NCBI RefSeq assembly: GCF_902713615.1
Contig: NC_052154.1
Coordinates: 80,641,072 to 80,705,071, forward strand
Direction of reading: 5' to 3'
DNA from: Scyliorhinus canicula
Lineage: Eukaryota
DNA: 64,000 nucleotides
Part shown: positions 9,701 to 21,700 of the stretch, piece by piece
Layout of the letters: every line of letters begins with the position of its first letter
Position numbering within the stretch: position 1 is the stretch's first letter
The notes under the pieces: generated by a model
Seen by the model: only the letters and a program-made list of their open reading frames with translations
Told to the model about the DNA's origin: nothing
Database searches by the model: none
Program-made: the position numbers and the translations under genes

Positions 9701-12700
9701 AACTATCTGAAGGCGTGTTGACTATACAGCTATTATTTCACCAGTGATCTTCAACAGGAGTCTCCCCAAGGAGAAAGGGTTGCAAGGGTTGGTTCGCCGC
9801 ATCGGACCCCATCCGGCTCGAACGTGTCTTCCTTTGGTCTCGGTATTGTCCATCTCTAATTGCCCATGGGTAGAAACACTCATTAGATTATGGGCAAATC
9901 TCCAGAACAAACGTTTCTGTCCTTGAAAATCAATAGGTAATAATAATCAAATCGGAACATCATTGTGCCAACGGCATGGTCTTCCCAAGCTAACTGTCAA
10001 TTCAGTGGGTTCAAACCCAACCATTCACTATGCATTCACGTTCCAAACCTTGGCCCGAAACAACTCGTATTCGGGGAAGAAAATGTAAGGTCTGATTCTG
10101 AGACTAATCCTTAATCGCCGTTTGAATTAGGGGTCAGCATTGGGATGTAATTTGTGACACACACTGTGCCCTTTAATGTCGGCGGCACGGTAGCACAGTG
10201 GTTAGCACTGTTGCTTCACAGCTCCAGGGTCCCAGGTTCAATTCCCAGCTTGGGTCACTGTCTGTGCGGAGTCTGCACGTTCTCCCTGTGTCTGCGTGGG
10301 TTTCCTCCGGGTGCTCCGGTTTTCTCCCACAAGTCTGGAAAGACTTGCTGTTAGGTGAATTGGACATTCCGAATTCTCCCTCTGTGTATCCGAACAGGCG
10401 CCGGAATGTGGTGACTAGGGGATTTTCACATTAACTTCATTGCAATGTTAATGTAAGCCTAATTGTGACAATAATAAAGATTATTATATGATCTTTGTGA
10501 ACACCCATCATTTCTCACTTGAGTGTAGTTTAAAAACAGCTACTGGCCTAAAATTGCACAATCCTTCCCCCACTGGCCATTGCAAATGCAAAGAGCATAA
10601 CGACTTTTATCCAGTCATTTTCTTCAGCATTCTGGTTTTGTCACAAGGTTCAAAATAGATGGAAAGGCAGAGAATTGACAGTCTCAGCTTCAACCCAACC
10701 ATTTAGACAACAAACACCAAGCTATTGTTTAGTCAATGCTGCATGTTGCTGAACATAAATTATTTACAGCATAGAATTTCCATCGGTATACCGAGAAATA
10801 GGCCATTAAGTCAGTGTTTTTTTAACAAATGTAGAGCACCCAATTCATTTTTCCAATTAAGGGGCAATTTAGCATGGCCAACCCACCTAGCTTGCACATT
10901 TTTGGATTGTGGGGGCAAAATCCACACAAACACAGGGAGAAATTACAAACTCCACACGGACAGTGACCCAGAGCCAGGTTCGAACCTGGGACCTCGGCGC
11001 CATGAGGCCGCAGTGATAACCCACTGCGCCACCGTGCTGCCCACCATTTAGTCAAGGTTAAGAACATAAGATAAGAACCTGAGAAATTGGGGCTGGACAA
11101 AGCCATTTGATCATTCCAGCATGCTCCACAATTCAACTAGATCTGACTGACCATTTCCGTCAACTCGCCTTCACAAACTATCCCATATCCCTTTATTCCT
11201 TGTTCAATATCCCTGAATTTCCTGTCCCAATATCTCTTAATTCCCTCCCTCATATCCCTTAATTCCCTATCCCGATAACCCTTCAGTCCCTCGGCACCCC
11301 AAAATCTATTGATTTCTATCTTACTATAATCAGCAACTGGGCAACCACCTCTCACCGGGCTAAGGAATTCCAAAGATTCACAACCCTTTGAGTGAAAAGA
11401 TTAGGCGGGTTAGGTGGATTGGCCATGCTAAATTGCCCGTAGTGTAAGGTTAATGGGGGGATTGTTGGGTTACGGGTATATGGGTTACGTGGGTTTAAGT
11501 AGGGTGATCATTGCTCGGCACAACATTGAGGGCCGAAGGGCCTCTTCTGTGCTGTACTGTTCTATGTCTATATCTCCCCATTTTATCCCTGCATGAATGT
11601 GAGCCTACTTGTGACACTAAAAAAGATTATTATTATTCTCAACCTTTATTCTGATTCTGTCGCTCCTTGTTCTAGATTCCCCTGAGCAAGAACATTTTCT
11701 ACCCTGTCAAGCCCTTTGTTTAAAAATATTTTATATGTTTCAATTAGATCAACTCACACTTTTCTAAATTCCAAGAAATGTAGCATGAGTTTACTCAACC
11801 CCTCTTGATAAGACAATTCCGTCAACCCATTCTGAACCCTTATCCATTATCGTTTTAAATCCCTGGGATGCAGTTTGTGGGGTCCACAGACACCGCCTTG
11901 TTGTTCCCTCTCTTGGGCAAGTATGTCTTTTTTTAAGTAAGGACTATACACAACTAAAGCTATACACAATCTTCCAGGTGCGGCCTCACCAGTACCCTGT
12001 GCAATTGTAGTACTTATTTTACTTTTATACTTCAATCCCTTGGCCACAAAATCTCACATGTCATTCGCCTTTCTAATTGCTTGTTAACTTTCTGTCTTTC
12101 CAGTACATCCAGGTCCTCCGAATGGAAACATTTTCCCAACCTCTCTATATTCAAAAAAAATCTGCTTTTCTACTTTTCCTACCGCAGTGGGCAATTTCAT
12201 CTTCACTATATTGCATTCCATTTTGTCAAATTCTTATTCACTCACCCAACTTGTTCACGTTTCCTACAGCCTTCTTACATTCTCGTCTTGGCTTACTTTC
12301 CCATCTAACTTTATATCATAAATTATATTATAAATTTGATACATTAAACTCTATCCCCTTATCTAAGTAACCAATATAGATCGTAAATAGCTGAGGTCCA
12401 AGTATTTACCCTCGTGGTGCTCTCAACAGAATTCTTACACACAAGTTTCCTTTCATAAATCCATCTGCTTAATCATATTATGATTTTCTAAATGACCCGT
12501 TACCATGCTTCCAATAACAGATTCTCCATTCTGCCTGCCACTGATGTTAGAATAATTGGCTTAGTCCTGAGATTTAAAAAAAATATCCTCATTTATTAAA
12601 TAGCAGGGTTTATGTTTGATGCCTTCCAATGCTTGGGAAATGTTTTCAAATATAACAAATTCTGGATGTATTCATTATCGCTTTAAACCCCAAGAATGCA

Positions 12701-15700
12701 TTTTGCAAGGCAATGCGGCACGGTAGCACACTGGTTAGCATTGTTGCTTCACAACACCAGGGTCCCAGGTTCAATTCCAGCTTGGGCCACTGTCTATGCC
12801 GAGTCTGCACGTTCTCCCCGTATCTGCGTGGGTTTCCTCCTGGTGCTCCAGTGTCCTCCCACAAGTCCCGTAAGACGCGATGTTAGGTAATTTGGACATT
12901 CTGAATTCTCCCTCTATGTACACGAACAGGCGCCGGAATGTGGCGACTAGGGGCTTTTCACAGTAGGCTTCATTGCAGTGTTAATGTAAGTCTACTTGTG
13001 ACAATAAAGATTATTATTATTATATTGGCCATTCCTTTCAATGCGTATCCAGCCTCTCTTTTATTTCCTTATTAATTTTTCGGTCCTCCTTTTCTGAATT
13101 CTAATATTGAACCAATTTGCAGGCTTCCTGCTTATTTGTAACATTGTAAGCTTCTTTTGAACTTTTATTATCATTAACTCCTGTTGTTAACCAGGGTTAG
13201 ACCACTTTTTTAATACATTCTTTGTGCCTTAAATGAATGTTGAAAACAATGTCTTAATTCTTGAAATGCTAGCCATTGCTTGCCCACAGTCATAATGTTT
13301 AATGTAATTTCCCAATTTATCTTGGGCCGCATATTTTATTTTAAGATTTAAGACCCTAGTTTCAGACTTAACAAAATCAATGGCCACTCTTCCCAAAGGC
13401 CCCTTTGCTACAAAATTATTAATTAACTCGTTCTCATTGCACAAAACTAGATCCACGATAACCCATTCCCTAGTTGGTTCCTATTCATAAAACTATTTTC
13501 TTAGACATAGAATTTACAGTGCAGAAGGAGGCCATTTGGCCTATCGAGTCTGCACCGGCCCTCGGAAAGAGGACTCCACTTAAACCCACACCTGCGTCCT
13601 ATACCTATAACCCAGCAACCCCACCCAACCTCTTTGGACACTAAGGACAATTTGGCATGGCCAATCCACCTAAGTTGCACATTTTGGACTGTGGGAGGAA
13701 ACCGGAGCTACAGGAGGAAACCCACGCAGACACAAGGAGAATGTGCAGACTCTGCACAGATAGTGGACCAAGCTGGGAACCGAACCTGGGACCCTGGAAC
13801 CTGTGAAGCGACAGTGCTAACCACTGTGCTGCTGTGCCACCCTTCTACACATTCAATAAATTTGCCCCTTCCACACTATTACTATAAATTTGGTTTGGCC
13901 AGTCTATACCAAGATTAAAGTTCCCCCAACTACTGTATTATCTTTACTCTATACACCTCTAATATTCTGTTTTATAATCTGCCTTACACCACAATTAAAC
14001 CTAAGCAACCTACAAACAACTCACACCAATGTTTTCTGTCCCTTGCTGTATTTTCATACTCCCTCCCCCTTCAGCTATCCCTCCCATGGTGACCATGGGT
14101 TTCCATTGGATTGGTCCATGATTATGCTTGGCAGTGTATTTGCTGTTGGCCTTCTGCAGCAACAATGTACTAGGGCACTCTCCTGCTCTTACCACTGCCA
14201 CCAGGCATATTGGATGAATTAACCTTTTTGGCCACGTTCTGAACATGTCATGTTCTTAGCTCCTTCTAAACAGATTCCACTTTTTAATTTTTCTGACCTA
14301 AGATCCATTTTGCTCGACTCACTTCACCCAGCCCTTTATTGTCAGGACCATCCCTCTTCCTTTTGTATTTTGTCTACCTCATCTAAAAATGAAGTACCTT
14401 GAATATTTATTTGCCAACATTGGTCACTTTGCAACTACTTCTTTGTCATAGCTATTTGATCAAACCTAGGAATTCTTTTGTATTTTCTGTCCTTTGACTT
14501 CAACCTTTCACTTTCAGTCAACAATCTTTAAATCTTGGTACTAGACTAATTGATTATAATTGCATACATTTGCTTTAATTGTAGATTGGGATGTTGTTAT
14601 TTAACACACTTTGTTCAGTAGCAGCACTCTTGGTTTTGAATCCTGATGGAACATTAAATCAAGTTCACGACTATCCACTTAGGTGAAAATATAAGATCTC
14701 GGCATACTTTTTCAAGAGGAGGCCAGTGTCCTGGCTAACAAATATCCCTCCAACAAAATCATTAAAAAATGTATCTATTTGTTTATGGAAACTTGCTGTG
14801 GTCAACTACGTTCCTGTGTAGCTTGTTGGCATGCAAAGTGCTTTGGATCATTGTGAAAGTGGTTAAGTAAACGGAAGTTCAACTTTGATAGTAATGTGTG
14901 TATTTTCATCACACTTTGGACACAATTAGATGCAAGTATTTTAGGGTTAGCTCCTACAATATGTAGCAAAATATTCTGCAGAATACAAATCTTCCCATTA
15001 GACACCCAGTGTTAGCCCTCCATACCTCATTCTGGGAGTGATGCACCACCCAGATCAAGTGCAGAATGGCCAAATGCAGTTTCACTTAGACAGTGGAAAC
15101 TAAAATTCCATCTTTTGACCTGCTTTAAGGCCATTTATCATTAATTTTGTGAAGGTGTTTAAATCAAAATTAATTTACCTGTTTGTATTGTAATCCTGCT
15201 TGCATGCCCCTGGACACAAAGTGATGTGAAGCAGAAAGATAAAATTAATATGAAAAGGTAAAATATCTGAAAAACAGCCTGAGTTCCATTTTAAGCAAAT
15301 TGGCAGGACCGAAAATTACTGTGGCCTTTGTGTTGCACCATGTAAGCTTAGTCATAAAGATTTGCTGTAGTTGATAATTCTAGTGAAGTTGCAAATAATA
15401 TATTTATGATTTTAGTAGAAAGTTTGACCAAGAGAAATGTTTCCCCTCAAGGGAGAATCTAGAATTAGGGGCAGAGTTTTCCTGTAAGAGGTCACCCATT
15501 TAAGACAGAGCAGAAGAGGAATTTCTTCTCTCAGAGAGTCATGAATCTTTGGAATTCTCAACATGAGAAATCCGTGGAAGACAAGCCATTAAGTATACTC
15601 AAGGCTGATACAGACAAATTCATGAACTATAGGGAAGCCAAGGCATATAGGGAACAGGCTGGAAAGTGTAATTGAAATCTGGTCAACATTTAATGGCAGA

Positions 15701-18700
15701 GCAAATTGGAAAGACCATCTAGCTTCCTGCTCCTAACCCTTATGGTAAGAAGTCTTACAACACCTGGTTAAAGTCCAACAGGTTTGTTTGGAATCACGAG
15801 CTTTCGGAGCATAGCCCCTTCATCAGGTGAGTCACCTGAAGAAGCAGCTACGCTCAGAAAGCCCGTGATTCCAAATATACCTGTTGGACTTTAGCCTGGT
15901 GTTGCAAGACTCCTTACTGTGCCCACCCCAGTCCAACGCCAGCATCTACTCATCATGGCTATCCCTTATGGTCACTGAATCCGTACTATGGGATTGTGTG
16001 TAAATGGTTTAATGTATTTAATTGAACTAGATTCACATGAAAGCAACAACAATGCTGTAATGCATAGCAACCAGCAATTTCCTCTTTTACGACCTTGTAA
16101 CAGCAAAATCTGCCATTACTTTAAAAAGATAGCAGCGTTACCTTTTAAGGAAGGGTTGATGCAACATGAAGAAGAGAATAGAGAGATTTAAGGCAGACTG
16201 GGAAGAAGGTCTTGAGGTGTATAAACACCAGCATAGACTAGCTTGGCCAAATGACTTGTTTCTGTGCTGTAGATTCAGTGCCGGATCTTCTATTGGGATG
16301 TTATATGTGGCAGCATACATTAAAGTTTGAAATTAGTGATTACCATTCTTGTTGAAACAATGGTGAGAATTCTCCAGTTGTCAGGATTCACTTTTCCCAC
16401 TGGCAACGCCCTCCCAGCAGCTGGTTTTGGGATGGGGTGGTTTCAATGGGAAATCCCATTGACAAGCGGTGGGAAGATAGAGAGTTGCCGCCAGCAAAAG
16501 GCACGGGTCCGAGAAACACACAGCTTGGGGACCAGGAAGCCTGTCCAATATTTTGGAAAAAAAGTCAGAATTAGCTTAAAGTTTTTATTGATCTCAGCTA
16601 ATTTGAATTTAAAACAACAGAATAGAATCTTAAAATGATTATGACACAAAAGGATATTCATAGGTAAAGTGCAACTGCAATATTGTGAAATGGTGCTCAG
16701 AGCAATATATCAGAAAATTATACCAACTTGGAAATTAAGAAATGCCTTTGTTTTTCATTTTTTCTATAGTTCCTCCAGATCCTCTGAAGATTTTACCAGT
16801 GTCCTCTGCAAATGGCTCTCTAACGTATCTGTGTCAAACTTCTGAGTTCTATCCTGATGCTTACAACCTTGTTTGGCTTAAAGATGGTAGACGCCTTACT
16901 GCTGGAGTAAAGACATACAGCAAGAAAAATGCCAAGGGACTATATGAAGTTTCCAGTTATTTGAAAGAACCACAGCCTGGTCCAGCTGGGACTGTTTATA
17001 TCTGTGAGGTATCTCACTCGACTCTTAAGATTCCAACTCGAGTCAGTTACACTGTTGAACTTGCAGGTAGGAACAACACCAGGTTATTTCCGATACATTG
17101 TATGTTGTGGTTTCACTGCAATTGATGGGAAATATTTTCACTGTAATAATGTCAGAAATGCAGTGAGTGCAGGGTGGTAATTTTTGAGAAATTGTGGAAT
17201 CAATAGAGCTGTTCGATAATGGCAAAGTGAATCAGCTGCAGCTCCTGAGCTCAGTGATGTGATTTTACTTCATTTTTGAATCTTACTAATCTTACGGAGC
17301 GTGCATTCCGTGGGATACCTCCGGCACCATCAAGATCTTCCATGCCTAGTTGACACCGCCGGGATTGAATGTTATTTGGTTAACTAAATGAAGCAGACGC
17401 GTGCACACATCCACACAAACCCATGTGCATCTATCACTGGAAATGAGTTAAGAATTTTGGCTGGTGTATTTTTTTATTCTCCTTGGAGGACTAGTATTGA
17501 GTCCATTTGTAGCACATAAACAGCTGCTGTCACTGGTTAACCTAACACAGGGCAGGATTTAACAAGGGTAGTAGTGAAAAGACTGAAGGAACAAGAATGC
17601 AAAAAAGACAGTCACACAGACCTGATAATGCATAGTGATTTATAGTCAGCAGTGGGTAACTGAACACTGTCAACCCAAGACAGACAATTTTAAAAATTAA
17701 TTTCCACAACGTGGGCATCACAAGAATATTTATTGTCCATCTTTAATTGTCCATGAGTCGGTGATGGTGAGTCACATTCTTGAATATCGCAGGCTTTCCA
17801 GTCTATACCAGAGACAGTTAATAGCTACATTTCACTGGGTCACATATGGATTAGCCTGGGTAAGGATGGCAAATTTCCTCTTGTATAGGACATTAGGGAA
17901 CCAGATGGGTTTTTATGACAATCCAAAAGTTACTTGGTCATCATCATTGATTTTAGATTTAATTAATTATATGAATTTTCTTTTTCCAGAATCTGTGGTG
18001 GTGTTATACCTCTGGATCATTAGACCATGCTTATGGGTTACGTCTCCACAATGCCACCATTACTCATTGTCACTGCCTGCCTTTTGAATTATGTGGTTAT
18101 GCTGGCGTTGGGCTGGGGTGAGCACAGTAAGACGTCTTACAACACCAGGTTAAAGTCCAACAGGTTTGTTTCTATCACTAGCTTTCGGAGCACTGCTCCT
18201 TCCATTCAACCGAGGAAGGAGCAGTGCTCCGAAAGCTAGTGATTTTAAACAAACCTGTTGGACTTTAACCTGGTGTTGTAAGACTTCTTACTGTGCCTTT
18301 TGAATGATTGAAATACAATTATTAGATCCTGGGTATTGAGGCCCACAAACGAGAAATAACATGGTAAATTGTTAATGGTAATTATAAAGGTTTAAGTTAT
18401 CTAGTGAGAGTAACACCGAAACATAGGACCAGGCAGCTGGCAGTCAAGGACATTGTCCATTCTGACTGTCTGCCACTCTTCTGTGGCTAGGTTTGCTGCA
18501 GAGTTTCCCTGGACGGGAGCAGGCATTCTGCGGGAGTCTGCTGGCCCCATAGATGTCTTCCATGCCCAGTTGGCACTGCCGGGATTGGGTGTCTGAAACA
18601 TGGTTGATTCACTACCCCATCAATTGTTTCCATGTCACCAGAAGTTCACTTGTTGGAGAGGTCAATGGACGATGGTCCTTCATGAGTTTCCATGTGAATG

Positions 18701-21700
18701 GACAACTCTGCCTTCCACACATCACAGTGACATGAGCAGTGATACCTTGCTGATATTGGCTTCCCTCTTTGTTCTGCACAAATTGTTTCACGACAAAGGG
18801 ATCTTAGAAAAGATAACCTAATATTTTAAAAATAGAATGAATTCTCATTGGTAGTAGCCTCCTGTTTTTCCTGTTCTTCTTTTTCTGAGGCCACAGACAT
18901 CTGCCACACCACCAGTACATCATCCATATGTAAATTTAGACACTGTCTGTTAGCCATTATTTAACCCACAGGAGCCAAGCAATTTAATCTATCCTCTCAG
19001 GTGGCTGTGAAATATTCCTTGACACTTTTGGAAGAAGAACAGTGTAGATTTTCCAGCGTCCTCGCCATCATTTATCTCAACCAAAACTGATGAATCAGCA
19101 AATAATTCGATTGGTGTTTTGGGGACCTCTCTGTCCATAAATTTGGGAAATCCGCGTGTGCTGCCGGCAAAGCAGAGGATCCCGCCGACAGAGAATCTGG
19201 ACCATTATATTTTTAATTTATGTTTGGGGGAATTTTATTGTGATCTGAACTAAATAGGTTTATGGAGAAGAACATTGGACGTTTTTTTCCATCGGCTGAT
19301 GCCGGAATCGCAATTGGGTGGAGAATTGGTTCCGATGCCGAAATCATGGCATGCGCCAATTATATGAGAAATTGCAATTCTCCGTTGCCTCTACAGTGGC
19401 ATCAATGTATTTCACAACACACATACAGTAAACACGATTTACATATAATTCGCGGGCGCAACCCAGAATTCTCTGGGGCGTTCATGAGTCTCTGCCTCCG
19501 ATGGGCCGAATTCCCAATGTGTTTCACATATGTTTTTAAAAATCATGAAACCGGTGTCGTGGATGCTGAGGGAGAGAAAGAGGGTACGGAAAGTGTCCAA
19601 TATTGCCATAGTTTGCGAATAGTTGTGCCAATGGCAGGGGGGCTTCTGCCTGGGCTGGGGGTGGGTTCGCAGGAGGTGGTCAAGAGGTGGGCCGTAGGGT
19701 CGGGGTGGATGGGCATGGAACACCATTGCCGCACCAACAAGGCAGCCATGCAGCGGCGCATGATGCTGACTGTCCACTGTGAACTTAGGGCCACAGGTCA
19801 TATGGGTGTCTCCCCAGGGCACTCCCCTAAGAACCCTCTGGCCCCAGCCAACCTATCAGCGGGATGGGCATGCTCCAGCACAACTAGTGCCACTTTATTG
19901 GCTGGGCTGAGTGTGTGTGGGCATTGTAATGTGTATATGCGGCTGCAGCTTGTCAGCCTAACGAGTGTCAATCACGGACCCAGCAAATCCGTACCGTTTT
20001 TCTTTGAAATCCATTGTGTTCCATGTGGTACTGATGGTACTCACCCCTCCACAATCAATGAATCACAGGTTCAGCGGCAGTTTTACTGTTGTGAAAATCG
20101 ATGAATCTTGCCCCGGCATCAAAACCTGGTCTCAGGAACGGAGAATCCAGTCCCTTTCCTTTGTCAAATATTTTCAAGTCCAATTGAAAACACAAAGACA
20201 CATAAAATAGGAGCAAGAATAGACTATAGAGCTCATATACAGCTCATAGAGCCTGTGCTGCCATTCAAAATGATCAAGATCGATCTTGGGTTCAACTCTA
20301 CCCGAGTAAGATGCCGAATAAAACGTGTTTAACTCCATGTTTAGAAGAGCACCATCAACTATAACCATGCCATCGTTTTCACTTCTTTTAGCCAAACTTT
20401 TGGATTGTTTAATTGATCTAACCTATTATTGTTAATCTGAACTGAATCATGGACAGTTTTGACCCATGTCGAGCAGGAGCAGATTAAGACTCTCACACTG
20501 GTGAGAAGCTTGTGAGTTGTAATTTTACGGGGTCAACAATCGTTATTCAAACTGTTTAATGTAGGAGCAGTAATTGTAATATTGGGTGTTTGTATTTGTG
20601 CAGGAAGATTACATTCATATTATCACCTATACTGAATGACTAGGTTTTATTCTGTATGTATCTTGCAGGCATTGATTCCAGTGGCTTTCTTGCTTGGTGG
20701 ATCTACCTCTGTGGAGCAATAGCTTTACTGCTTCTGATTATTGCACTGGTGCTTTGTTGTAAATTCTGTTGTTGCAAAAAACCTAAAGGTAAGGGAGCCA
20801 TCTTATTCCATTAATGGCTGAACTTCTAGATTTAATATTTATCAATTATAAAAATACAGAAATTATAATAAATTGAAAGAATATGTGAACTAATCTTATT
20901 CATCTGCAATAACTAAACCGTAGGATTAAAAATACTACTTCAATTCTTCAATGATATTTTATGCAATTTGAGCTCAGAAAGGTGAAGGATGTTAATTTTG
21001 TAGATTGGAACACTTCCCTTTTAGGCACCAAGGCTTTCCCGATTAGGTATAACATATCTAAAGTCAGGATGAAGTTCCTCCGACCCTCCTACAGAAATAT
21101 GGTACAATTTAGGGGTTGGATTTTCAATCGCCCATGAGGAGCAAGATTGGGTGTGGGTGCACTTTGAAAATGGTACACCTAGCTGGCGTGTTAATCTGTC
21201 AATGCTTCTCAAATATGTTTCAATATTCAAAACAAGAGTGAGGGTGGTAGAAACTGGCAACCTGTCAGCCTGCAATTAAGATAACATGGAATAGGAAGAG
21301 GAGTAGATCTTACTGCCCTTGAGTCTGCACCATCATTCAATATGATCATAGTTGACCTTGGGCTTCAACTCTGCTTTCCTGCCTGCTCCTCATATCCCTT
21401 GATCTCCTTCAGTTTTTTCTATGTTTCAATTAGTTACCTCTAATTTTTCTAAACTCCAGAAAAGATAGGCCTAATTTACCCAACCCTTTGTCCTTCATCT
21501 TCAGGGGCCAATTTAGTGACCACTCACCAGCACCTCCAATGCAAGTACATCCTTCCTAATATGTAGATTAAAGCTGCACAGTATTCCAGATGTGGTCTTG
21601 CCAAAGTTCGACAGTTGCAGCAAGTGGGTTTTAAGGCCCCACCATACAATTCCTATTGGGTGAGCTTCCGCCCGCTTAAAAGTGAAATTCATATTCCACG

